Shown in pieces: positions 54,021 to 64,000 of a stretch of DNA of 64,000 bases (within the stretch, counting starts at the first letter, position 1; every line of letters starts with the position of its first letter). The position numbers and the translations under genes are program-made. The DNA is from an uncultured Gemmatimonadales bacterium (lineage in GTDB: Bacteria > Gemmatimonadota > Gemmatimonadetes > Gemmatimonadales > GWC2-71-9), in the NCBI GenBank assembly GCA_963842945.1, contig CAWJIM010000005.1, forward strand, positions 148,361-212,360, given 5' to 3'. The notes under the pieces are model-generated. The model was not told the DNA's origin. It made no database searches and saw only the letters and a program-made list of their open reading frames with translations.

Positions 54021-55521
54021 ATGAGCATCAGGAGCATCCACTCGATGCTGGGAGTTTTGGCCGTATTCGGCTGCGGCGGGGAACGCCCGTCGCCTCCGCC
54101 GGCGGGAGACGCTCGGCCCCAGCAGGCACCCCGCGCTGTCCCCCAGGACAGTCTTTCCAGCGCCACGGTCACCGAGGTAGGCCGGCTGGTCTCGGAGCGG
54201 TGGACCTTCGATCTCGACAGCATGGTGAAGCGCCGAGTCATTCGGGTCCTCGTTCCGGCCAGCAGGACCCTGTATTTCGAGGACCGGGGCCGGCTTCGGG
54301 GGATTTCCTACGACGCGGTCCAGGAGTTCGAGCGCAGCCTCAACCGGAAACTCGCGGACCGGAGCGCTCCCCATCGAGTGCATCATGATCCCGGTGCCGC
54401 GTGATCAGCTCATCTCCCGTCTCACCGACGGGCGTGGCGACCTGGCGGTCGGTACCATCCCGGTGACACCGGAACGGCAGCGCCGGGTGGATTTCTCCGA
54501 CCCGGTGTATCAGGGTGTCCGGGAGGTGGTGGTGACCGGGCCCGGGGCGCCCCCGTTGCGCAGCCTGGACGATCTCGCGGGCCGTGAGATCTACGTCCGC
54601 GCCTCCAGCAGCTACGCCGAGCATCTGCGGACCAGTGGGATCAAGCCGGTGGTGATTCGTCCGGCCGACGAGAATCTGGAGGATGGCGACATCCTGGAGC
54701 TGGTGAACACCGGGGTTGTGCCGATCACGGTGGTGGACAGTGTCATTGCCGGCTTCTACCAGTCGGTGCTTCCCGGTCTCACCGTGCGAAACGACCTGGT
54801 GATCTCCTCCGGCGGCAGCCTCGCCTGGGCCCTCCGAAAGGGAACGCCGCAGCTCCGGGCCGAGGTTAACGAGTTCGTGCGGGGCCATCGGGTCGGGACC
54901 ATGTTCGGCAACATCGTGGCTCGGCGGTACTTCCGGGACAATCCCTGGATCAAAAACCCAACGGGGGCGGAGGACCGGCGCCGCTACGATCAGGTGGTCG
55001 GGGCCTTCCGGAAGTATGGAGCCGAGTTCGGTCTCGATCCCCTGCTGCTCCTGGCGCAGGGATACCAGGAATCCGGTCTGGACCAGAGCCGCCGCAGTCA
55101 CGCGGGCGCGGTCGGCGTGATGCAGATCAAGCCGTCCACCGCCGCCGGAGCCCCGATCGGCATCACCGGCGTGGACCGGCTGGAGAACAACGTGCGCGCC
55201 GGGGCCAAGTACCTGCGGTTCATCATCGACCGCTACTATAGAGACCAACCCATGAGGCCGCTCGACCAGGAGCTCTTTGCCATGGCATCCTACAACGCGG
55301 GCCCGGCCCGGATCGCGCAGCTGCGGCGCCAGGCCACAGAGATGGGCCTGGACCCGAACCGCTGGTTCCAGAATGTGGAGCTGGTGGCGTCGAAGGAGAT
55401 CGGCCGGGAAACGGTGGACTACGTGGGCAACATCTACAAGTACTATCTCACCTACAATCTTCTGGAGCAGCAGCGGCGGGCCCGCGAGCGAGCGGCGGGT
55501 GGGGCGAAGCTGTCACCCTGA
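54021..55521 (+). CDS. mltF: MltF-like lytic transglycosylase (SBP + SLT; frameshift near 54370)
   Basis: DLD.M.KRR.IRVLV, VDFSDP, GYQESGLDQ, GAVGVMQ, ASYNAGP, GRETV.YV.NI.KYY. Confidence 0.88.
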
Positions 55522-55633
55522 CGCCCTCCAGTCTCCCAGCTCCCAGCTCGCTTTTGTCGATGCCGGTGACCCTCGTTCGACGTGAAGGTAGAGCAGGACG
55601 CGGAGTCACCATAAACACTGGAGAAACCGGACC

Positions 55634-55990
55634 ATGAAGTACCTGATGATGATCAAGCACTTGGAGAGCTCCCGCAACGAGGCCATTCCCCAGGCGTTGA
55701 ATGACGCGATGGGCGAGTTCGTGGGCGAAAGCATGAAGAAGGGGATCCTGAAGGACACGGCCGGGCTCAAGCCCACGTCCGAAGGCTTTCGGATTCGCTC
55801 CAGCAACAAGAAGCTCAAGGTGACCGATGGGCCTTTCGCCGAGGGCAAGGAGGTGATCGGTGGCTATGCCCTGGTCGAAGTAGGCTCGCGGGAGGAGGCG
55901 ATGAAGGTGGCCCAGGACTTCATGGAGCTGCACCGGCTGCACTGGCCCACCTTCGAGTGCGAGTGCGAGGTCCGGCCGTTGGATAGCTAG
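55634..55990 (+). CDS. YciI/DGPF-family protein
   Basis: TDGPFAEGKEVIGGY, EVRP. Confidence 0.9.
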   Translation: MKYLMMIKHLESSRNEAIPQALNDAMGEFVGESMKKGILKDTAGLKPTSEGFRIRSSNKKLKVTDGPFAEGKEVIGGYALVEVGSREEAMKVAQDFMELHRLHWPTFECECEVRPLDS

Positions 55991-56076
55991 GAGTCGGGAG
56001 TCGGGAGCTAGGAGCTAAGAGCCTCGTTCCCTACTTAGCTCCCAACCCCCAGCTCCCGACTCCCGACTCCCAGCTC
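55987..56076. repeat. Inverted GGGAGTC/GGAGCTA heptamer arrays
   Basis: gagtcgggagtcgggagctaggagct ... agctcccgactcccgactcccagctc between convergent genes. Confidence 0.8.
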
Positions 56077-56081
56077 GCCTC

Positions 56082-56714
56082 TCACGGATACCAGTTCGCC
56101 CCGAATCTGATCCGCGTCGTGGTGGTGTTCTCCAGGTTCTGAGTAGTCTGACTCAGCCCGTCCAGCTTGATGTTCCCCATCTTTCCGACTCCGATGCTGA
56201 GTCCGCCATCCAGCGCGAGCTTGGGCGATACGAACATCTGCACCCCGCCGCTCGCCCCCGCCGCCATACCCGAGAGCGAGAGGTCCGAGCTGGCCCCGGT
56301 CTCGAAATCGTCCAGCGTGGTGGTGAGGCTCCGGCGGCCCACCCAGGCGCCGACGTACGGCATGAACTTGCTGCGCTGGATCGGGAAGCTGAGTCGAGCC
56401 CCGGCCTCGAGGTGGGTCAGGCCGAAGTCACCCTCCAGGTCGAAGGCGTCGACCGGCTGCTTGTTTATCTCCAGTCCGGCGTATGCCAGCAGCCGCGGGG
56501 TGACCCGGTAGCCTACCTCGACTCCGGCGCCGAGCCCGCTCGAGGTCTTCACCTCGTTGAAGGCGTCGGTGACGGTGGCGCCGAGCGCCATGCTGGAGTG
56601 GCCGTTGATCACCCAGCGGGACGACGGGTGGACCACGGGCTGGTGCTTCTGCGCCTGGGCCGAGCCGGACAGGCCGAAGGAGACGGCGACGACTGCGAGA
56701 ATGAAGCGCTGCAT
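56082..56714 (-). CDS. Outer-membrane beta-barrel protein
   Basis: AAAGGAG RBS; signal AQA; alternating strands; terminal FGANWYP. Confidence 0.8.
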   Translation of the reverse strand: MQRFILAVVAVSFGLSGSAQAQKHQPVVHPSSRWVINGHSSMALGATVTDAFNEVKTSSGLGAGVEVGYRVTPRLLAYAGLEINKQPVDAFDLEGDFGLTHLEAGARLSFPIQRSKFMPYVGAWVGRRSLTTTLDDFETGASSDLSLSGMAAGASGGVQMFVSPKLALDGGLSIGVGKMGNIKLDGLSQTTQNLENTTTTRIRFGANWYP

Positions 56715-56784
56715 GGTGGTACTCCTTTCAAGAGTGTGTGTTTTCATCCTGCGCGAATCACTGTTATCCAAGTCCCAGCCGTAC

Positions 56785-57312
56785 TCAGTCGCCCGGCACC
56801 AGCCGGAACCCGAAGGACGTATCCAACTGCCCGTCGCCGTTGAAGTCGTACTTGATCGCCACGGTGTTCCCCAGCACGACGCCGGTGAACTTGTCGCCGT
56901 AGATGGTCGAGCTGAACGTGAGGGGCAGCGCGCCGTCGGTGGCCACCGGACCGGCCTGCTTGAACTCCCCTTCGTCGTCGATCCCGCCCGGCGTCTTGTC
57001 GTCCGTGTAACGCAGCTCCATGTCAAAGGTCTGAAGCGGATCCATGATCAGAGTCGTCGGTTCGAACCGGTACAGCCCGATCACCCTGCCATCGGGGTTG
57101 CTGATGGTGACCAGCTGCCCCGGGCGCGAGCCGTTGATCTGTTCCAGCACGTAGCTGCCCTGGACGCCGCCCTGGTTCGGAGTTGGCGGCACCGGATCAT
57201 CGGTCGGAGGCTCGGGGTTGGGGTTGGGGCCCAAGGCGTCACCGCTCTTGCCGGAACAGCCGGCCAGCGCGAGCGCCAGCGCGAGCCCGAGCACTTTGGC
57301 GGGGGCGGTCAT
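56785..57312 (-). CDS. Hypothetical acidic lipoprotein A
   Basis: LAGC lipobox, Pro linker, YDFNGDGQLD. Confidence 0.75.
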   Translation of the reverse strand: MTAPAKVLGLALALALAGCSGKSGDALGPNPNPEPPTDDPVPPTPNQGGVQGSYVLEQINGSRPGQLVTISNPDGRVIGLYRFEPTTLIMDPLQTFDMELRYTDDKTPGGIDDEGEFKQAGPVATDGALPLTFSSTIYGDKFTGVVLGNTVAIKYDFNGDGQLDTSFGFRLVPGD

Positions 57313-57788
57313 CGGTCGAACACCAGTTGGACATCCGGTACCCCGTCGAAGCACCAGTCGTACATGATGGTCACTTCCGTGCCGTCGTCGTTGACCGTGC
57401 CGTCGTAGGTGACGCCCGATATGTCCGATTCGAACAACACCGTCTCGTCGTCCCCCACCGACCGTCCTGTGTCCAGATAGCCCCAGTCACCGGACTCGTC
57501 GTCGTGCACCTTCAGGTGGATCTGCCACTCGCCGGAATTCGGGTCGATCTCGATCCTGCCGCCGTAGAACCGGACCACCCCGCAGTCTTCGAGCTGGGCG
57601 TCGGTTGGTACCCCGATCCGTCCGAGCGCCACCAGCTGGAACTCGATCGCATTCGGATTCTCTGCCGGGCCCGGGTCGTCGGGACCGGTCGGGCTCTTGT
57701 CCCCGCCGCCACAGCCCACCGCGGCGATCAACAGCGTGGTCCACGGCGAGACCGTCGTCAGTCGCCGCAAGTCTTTCATCCATGACAT
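57309..57788 (-). CDS. Hypothetical acidic lipoprotein B
   Basis: GGAGGAG RBS, AVGC lipobox, YDWCFDGVPD; ATGA overlap with A. Confidence 0.75.
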   Translation of the reverse strand: MSWMKDLRRLTTVSPWTTLLIAAVGCGGGDKSPTGPDDPGPAENPNAIEFQLVALGRIGVPTDAQLEDCGVVRFYGGRIEIDPNSGEWQIHLKVHDDESGDWGYLDTGRSVGDDETVLFESDISGVTYDGTVNDDGTEVTIMYDWCFDGVPDVQLVFDR

Positions 57789-57839
57789 GTGCTCCTCCTT
57801 GTTCTGCGCCGCTGGGCGGCGCGGTGAGTGGTTCGTGGG

Positions 57840-58370
57840 TTACTTCGCCTGCGCGATGGTGGTCGCGGTGCTGTCGCCTTCCGCCTCGAAGCTGCCGTTC
57901 ACGGTGACCCAGCTCTCTGCTTCGATTTTCTCGCCGGCGAGATAGCCGCGGGCCAGGATCTCGAAGGAGCCGGACAGTTTTCCATTGTCCGCCTGGGTGA
58001 TCGTCACCGTGCCCGACTCGCCGTGGAACCAGCCGAGTGGCTGCTCCGGTGATCCCGCCGCGAAGAAGGCTTGAAAGGCAGGAGCGGTGGCCGCGTCGTC
58101 CCAGCTGGGCCGAATGGGATAGCGGCCGGGATGCGGCAGGCCGGCACTTGGCAGCCTGAGCTGGAGCGCGCTGCCCGGGCCGGTCGCGCCGAGCGACACG
58201 GTGAGCACGGAAGCGCCGTCATGGGCGATGATCCCGTACCGCGCCTCGTGCCCGACCGCGTCCAGCCGGACCGCGCCGGTGGTGTCGAGGTGGAAGCGCG
58301 GCGCCAGGAAGGCCGACAGGTTCAGCGCGATCGCGGCAACGCAGCCGGCAGCGATGGAGCGGACGTACAT
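57840..58370 (-). CDS. Hypothetical secreted beta-rich protein
   Basis: GGAGG RBS; signal; SGTVTIT....LSGSF...GSF.A. Confidence 0.7.
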   Translation of the reverse strand: MYVRSIAAGCVAAIALNLSAFLAPRFHLDTTGAVRLDAVGHEARYGIIAHDGASVLTVSLGATGPGSALQLRLPSAGLPHPGRYPIRPSWDDAATAPAFQAFFAAGSPEQPLGWFHGESGTVTITQADNGKLSGSFEILARGYLAGEKIEAESWVTVNGSFEAEGDSTATTIAQAK

Positions 58371-58570
58371 GGGAACCTCCTGATCGGGTGTAAGTCCTGA
58401 GTCCGGTCGGCGGCTGGATGTCGGCGGCTCGGACGAGGAGCATGCTATCGTCCGCGCTCACGGCCCGATCACGAGATTCTCAACTGGAGTCGCGATCCCG
58501 GTGTTACGCTGCCTCTTGTGACCGTCGGATGGGGGCGGGATATTGGCCGAATACCAAGTACAGCAAGGGG

Positions 58571-61199
58571 TTGCTCCTGAAGCGCATCCAGACGCTCGGC
58601 GGGCTTGCGGTCTTCGACGGTCCTCTGCCGTTGGGTGGCAACGCGCAGCAGCCGCGGCGCCTGGCCATCCTGGCCGTGCTCGCCCGGTCAGGCGACCGGG
58701 GGGTCAACCGCGACCGGCTGGCCACGCTGTTGTGGGGTGAGGTGGAGGAGGAGCGCGCCCGCAGAAACCTCAATCAGGCGCTCTACGCGTTGCGGCACGA
58801 GCTGGGGGCGGAAGAGCGATCCTCGGCACCCGCGAGCTCCGGCTCAATCCCGAGCTGATCGAGGTCGATCTCCACGGGTTCGAGACCGCGCGGGCGTCCG
58901 GTGCTATAGAGGAAGCGGCCCGGCTCTACGGCGGGCCCTTCCTGGGCGACTTCCATTTGCCGGGCGTCCCGGCCTTTGCCCACTGGGCCGAGGAGGAGCG
59001 GGCCGGCCTGGAGGCCGACTACCGCGGCGTGCTCGAGGCCGCCGCGGCGGCGGCAACCGCCCGCGACGACCGGGAGCCGCGGTGCTCTGGTGGCGCCGGC
59101 TGGCGGCGCTGGACCCGACCGACCAGCGCGCCGCCCAGGGGCTGATGCGGGCACTGGTGGCGGCCGGCGATGTGCCGGGGGCGCTCCGCCACGCCGAGAT
59201 CTTCCATCAGCTCCGGCGCGACCGAGCTGGAGCTGCCTCCGGATCCGGCAGTCGAAGCCCTGGCCGAGCGGATCCGGCGGGGGGAGGAGGCGCCCGCCCC
59301 CGCGGCCAAGGTCGCACCCCCGAGTCAAACCACTCTGACCTGGGCCGAGTACCGTTTCCGCGCCGGCAGAGGCGCCATCACGCGAGCCGGCTCCGAGCTC
59401 CGCAGCTCCCAGCTCCCAGCTCCCGCTCCCGACTCGTAGCTCCGACTCCTGACTCCTAGCTCCCGACTTTTTCTCGGCGCCTTACTCGCCGTCGGCCTCG
59501 CTGCTGCTGTGGCGCGGGACCCACCGTTCGGCCGCCGCGGCCGGCCCGCCCCGGCTGGCGGTGCTCCCCTTCGAGAACCTGGGCGACTCGGGCGACGCGT
59601 ACTTCGCCGGCGGCGTGACCGATGAGGTCCGCGGCAAGCTGGCGGCGATACCGGGGCTCGAGGTCGTTGCCAGCCTGAGCTCGAACGACTATCGGCCGGT
59701 GCACGCGGCGGCTCCCGGATGTCGCCCGGGAGCTGGGGGTGAATTACCTGCTGGTGGGAAAGATCCGCTGGCTTCGGGGACCGGCCGGTTCGAGCCGGGT
59801 GCGGGTGAGCCCGGAGCTCATTCGCCTGGTCCCGGGCACCGCGCCGGTGACCCGCTGGCAGCAGCCGATCGACGCCGCGCTCACCGATGTCTTCGCCGTG
59901 CAGGCCGACATCGCGAGCAAGGTGGCCGACGCGCTCGGTGTCGTGCTGGGCGACAGCGCCCGTCGCGAGCTTACGGTCAAGCCGACCGAGAGCCTCGCCG
60001 CGTATGACGAGTTCCTGAAGGGCGAAGCCGCTGCGCAGGACATGAAGGCCGACCAGGCCGGCCTGCGCCGGGCGATCAGCTACTACCAGGGTGCGGTGTC
60101 ACTCGACACCACCTTCGCCCAGGCCTGGAGCCAGCTCTCCCGCACGGAGACTTCGCTGTATTCGAACGGTGTCCCCGATCCGGGCCCTGGGGAATGCGGC
60201 GCGGGTCGCTGCCGAGCGCGCCCAGGCGCTGAGGCCCTCGGATCCGGTGGTCTACCTGGCCGCCGGAGACTTCTATGGGGCCGTCAACCCGGTGGATAAC
60301 CCGCGCGCGGTAGCGGAGTACGAGTCGTGGACTCGAGCTCGCTCCTGACAACGTGGACCTGCTCAGCGCGCTGGCGAGCGCCGAGACCAGCTTGGGCCAG
60401 TGGGACGGGGCGGCGGAACGGCTGTGCCCGCGCCTCGCGCCTCGACCCGCGCTCGCTGACGGTAGCGCGCCGGCTGGCGGCGGTGCATATCTGGCTCCGC
60501 CAGTACCCCGCCGCGGACTCGGCGGCTGAGCGGGCGGCCGCGCTCGCGCCCACCAGCCCGGCAATGGCGTCGCTCAAGGTGATGGTAACCGTTGCCCGAG
60601 GCGATCTCGACAGCGCCCGCGCGGCCATCCGGAGAGCGCAGAGCCGGATCGATCCGGCGGTGCTGTACCCGTTTTTCGCCGCCTACCAGGACCTGTACTG
60701 GGTGCTGGATGACGCGCAGCAGCGGGAGGCGCTCGCGGCGCCGCCCAGCGCGTTCGATGATGACCGGGGGAGCTGGGGTCTGGTCCGGGCGGGGTTGTAC
60801 CAGCTTCGGGGCGACCGGCGGCTCATGCTGGTCTACGCCGATTCCGCACGCCTAGCGTTCGAGCAGCAGCTCCGGGCCGAGCCGGACGACTGGCAGCGCC
60901 ATTCGATCCTTGGTCTGGCGCTGGCCTATCTGGGCCGGAAGGCGGACGCGATTCGCGAAGGACAGCGCGGGATGGCCCTGATGCCGATCAGCCGCGATGG
61001 CTACTTCGGGCCTTACAGTCAGCTGCAGCTGGTGCGGATCTACTTGCTCACCGGTGAGCCGGATCTGGCGCTCGACCAACTCGAGCCGCTGCTCCGGGTG
61101 CTGTTCTATATCTCTCCCGGCTGGCTCCGGATCGATCCGACCTTCGATCCGCTGCGCAAGCATCCCCGCTTTCAGCGGCTGTTGTCAGGTGGGAAATGA
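58571..61199 (+). CDS. Membrane-anchored SARP/BTAD transcriptional regulator with TolB-N and TPR domains, copy 1 (frameshifted)
   Basis: QTLGGL, RDRLATLLW, LNQALY.LR, LYGGPFL..F...F..W, LMRAL..GD; TM; LAVLPFENLG; terminal LRIDPTFDPLRKHPRFQRL. Confidence 0.88.
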
Positions 61200-61211
61200 G
61201 GAGCTGGATGT

Positions 61212-61235
61212 TGTCACCCTGAGCGGAGCGAAGGG
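61212..61235 (+). repeat. REP-like element TGTCACCCTGAGCGNAGCGAAGGG (also 575-596, 17875-17900, 21090-21135, 21526-21550, 63961-64000)
   Basis: Six dispersed loci share the core; imperfect palindrome CCCT.GAGCG.AGCG.AAGGG. Confidence 0.85.
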
Positions 61236-61353
61236 ACCGAAACCTGTCTGACGCACTATTTACTCGTCGTGAGGCCATCGCGGCCCTGGCTTCCACCGCG
61301 GGCCTGCCGCTCATAGCCGCGTGCGCCCGCGAAATGCCAAGCACAGCAAGGGG

Positions 61354-64000
61354 TTGCTCCTGAAGCGCATCCAGACGCTCGGCGGGCTTGCGGTCTTCGA
61401 CGGTCCTCTGCCGTTGGGTGGCAACGCGCAGCAGCCGCGGCGCCTGGCCATCCTGGCCGTGCTCGCCCGGTCAGGCGACCGGGGGGTCAACCGCGACCGG
61501 CTGGCCACGCTGTTGTGGGGTGAGGTGGAGGAGGAGCGCGCCCGCAGAAACCTCAATCAGGCGCTCTACGCGTTGCGGCACGAGCTGGGGGCGGAAGACG
61601 CCATCCTCGGCACCCGCGAGCTCCGGCTCAATCCCGAGCTGATCGAGGTTGACCTCCACGGGTTCGAGACCGCCCGGGCCTCCGGTGCTATAGAGGAAGC
61701 AGCCCGGCTCTACGGCGGGCCCTTCCTGGGCGACTTCCATTTGCCCGGCATCCCGGCCTTTGCTCACTGGGCCGAAGAGGAGCGGGCCGGCCTGGAAGCC
61801 GACTACCGCGGCGTGCTCGAGGCCGCCGCCGCCGCTGCAACTGCCCGCGATGACCGGGCAGCCGCGGTGCTCTGGTGGCGCCGGCTGGCGGCTCTGGACC
61901 CGGCGGACCAGCGCGCCGCCCAGGGGCTGATGCGGGCACTGGTGGGGGCCGGCGATGTGCCGGGCGCGCTCCGCCACGCCGAGATTTTCCATCAGCTCCG
62001 GCGCGACGAGTTGGAGTTGCCTCCGGATCCGGCGGTTGAAGCCCTGGTCGAGCGGATTCGCCGTGGGGAAGAGGCCCCCGCCCCCGCGGCCAAGGTCGCA
62101 CCCCCGAGTCAAACCACTCGACCTGGGCCGAGTACCGTTTCCGCGCCGGCAGAGACGCCATCACGCGAGCCAGCTCCTAGCTCCGCGCTCCCAGCTCCCG
62201 ACTCCCGACTCCTGACTCGTAGCACCCGACTCCTGACTCCCAGCTCCCGACTAGTCCTCGTCGCGCTCCTCGCAGTCGCCTTGCTGCTGCTGTGGCGCGG
62301 GACGCACCGTCCGGCCGCAGCCGGTCCGCCCCGGCTGGCGGTGCTCCCCTTCGAGAACCTGGGCGACTCGGGCGACGCGTACTTCGCCGGCGGCGTGACC
62401 GATGAGGTCCGCGGCAAGCTGGCGGCAATACCGGGGCTCGAGGTGGTCGCCAGTCTGAGCTCCAACGACTATCGGACCGGTGCTCGGCCCCTCCCCCAGG
62501 TCGCTCGGGAGCTGAGGGTGAATTACCTGCTGGTGGGGAAGATCCGTTGGCTTCGGGGACCGGCCGGCTTGAGCCGGGTGCGGGTGAGTCCGGAGCTCAT
62601 CCGTCTGGATCCGGGCGCCGCGCCGACCACCCGCTGGCAGCAGCCGATCGATGCCGCGCTGACCGATGTCTTCGCGGTGCAGGCCGACATCGCCGGCAAG
62701 GTGGCCGACGCGCTCGGCGTGGTACTGGGGGACAGCACCCGCCGCGAGCTTACGGTCAAGCCGACCGAGAGCCTGGCCGCGTATGACGAGTTCCTGAAGG
62801 GGGAAGCGGCGTCGCAGGGGATGAAGGCCGACCAGGCCGGCCTGCGCCGGGCGATCAATTACTACCAGCGCGCGGTGTCACTCGACTCGACGTTCGCCCA
62901 GGCCTGGAGCCCAGCTGTCCCGGGCGCGCACTTCGCTCTACTCCAACGGCATTGCCGACCGGGCACTGGCCGACTCGGCCCGAGCCGCTGCCGAGCGGGC
63001 GCGAAGGCTGCGCCCCAGCGATCCGCTGGTGTATCTCGCCGCCGGCGACTTCTTCAGCAGCGTCAACCCGATCGACAACGAACGCGCTGCCGCGGAGTAC
63101 GAGCACGGCCTCCAGCTGGCGCCCGATGACGTGGAGCTGCTCAGCGCAGCGGCGACAACGGGGGCGAGGCTGGACCAGTGGGACCAGAATCTCCGCCGGC
63201 TCGAGCGTGCCCTCCGGCTCGATCCCCGCTCGGCCACGGTTGCGCGCCGGGTGGCCACCATGAGCGTGTTCCTCCGGCACTACGATGTGGCCGATTCGGC
63301 GGCGGACCGTGCCATCGCCCTGGCGCCGACCAGTCCCCAGATGGTCCTGACCAAGCTGCTGGTCACGCTGGGCCGGGGCGATCTTGCCGGATCTCGGGCG
63401 GTGGTTCGCGCGGCCGCCCGGCGGATCGATCCGGCGACACTGTTCGCTTTTCTCGCTACCTATCAGGACCTTTACTGGGTGCTGGATGACGCTCAGCAGC
63501 GGCAGGTGCTGGCGCTGCCGCCGGCCGCGTTCGACGACGATCGCGCGGCATGGGGGATCGTCCGGACGGAGATCTACACCCAACGGGGGGACAGGCGGCT
63601 CGCCGTGGCCTACGCCGATTCGGCGCGACGCGTGGCGGAGGCGCAGGTACGCGACGCTCCCGATGACCCGCAGCGCCACGTGCTCCTCGGCCTGACGCTG
63701 GCGTATGTAGGACGAAAGGCGGAGGCAGAGCGGGAGGGAAAGCGCGGAGTGGAGCTGTTGCCCATCAGCCGCGATGGTTACGGGGGACCCTATAATCAGC
63801 TGCAGCTGGTGCGGATCTATGTGCTCAATGGCGAGCCCGAGCTGGCGCTCGATCAGCTGGAGCCGTTGCTCAAGATTCCGTACTATATCTCACCGGGATG
63901 GCTCCGGGTCGATCCGGCCTTCGATCCGCTGCGCAAGCACCCCCGCTTTCAGCGGCTGTCTGTCACCCTGAGCTGTTGTCACCCTGAGCGAAGCGAAGGG
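61354..64000 (+). CDS. Membrane-anchored SARP/BTAD-TPR regulator, copy 2 (frameshift near 62910; C-terminus runs into a REP element)
   Basis: Tandem paralog of 58571-61199 with a near-identical 5' region. Confidence 0.88.

Noticed and set aside
1..64000. Widespread frameshifts as mass pseudogenisation or programmed frameshifting
   Set aside because: They hit essential leuS and many otherwise intact genes, are mostly single-base, and often fall in homopolymers; this fits long-read error.
58550..64000. Diversity-generating retroelement TR/VR pair
   Set aside because: Differences are not adenine-specific, both copies are full genes, and there is no reverse transcriptase in the window.

Overview
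This is a GC-rich bacterial chromosomal segment, most likely Gemmatimonadota (inferred from its Ser/Thr kinases, membrane-anchored BTAD-TPR regulators and repeat families). Many genes, including essential leuS, are broken by single-base indels, which points to long-read consensus errors rather than real pseudogenes. Main gene content: a Tat-exported selenocysteine formate dehydrogenase operon (fdnG with in-frame TGA and SECIS hairpin, fdnH, NrfD-type anchor, probable fdhE); a cyanophycin cluster (iadA-cphB-cphA plus a CphA-like protein lacking the ATP-grasp domain); an EgtB-like protein with degenerate metal ligands; an M48 peptidase, an MCP and leuS; a mosaic accessory stretch (kinase, epoxide hydrolase behind a c-di-GMP-I riboswitch, xth, cspA, TetR with twin operators); tamA/tamB; two-component genes; secreted lipoproteins; and two tandem BTAD-TPR regulators. 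The most striking unexplained signal is a back-to-back pair of ~90-nt paralogous hairpin RNAs (16191-16282 minus, 16366-16454 plus). They show six compensatory base-pair changes, and each has a 27-nt loop carrying an SD-like purine tract followed by AUG-UAG. Also notable: a 19-24 bp motif repeated three times, twice beside decayed gene duplications, and REP-like and heptamer repeats that have entered leuS and other coding sequences.
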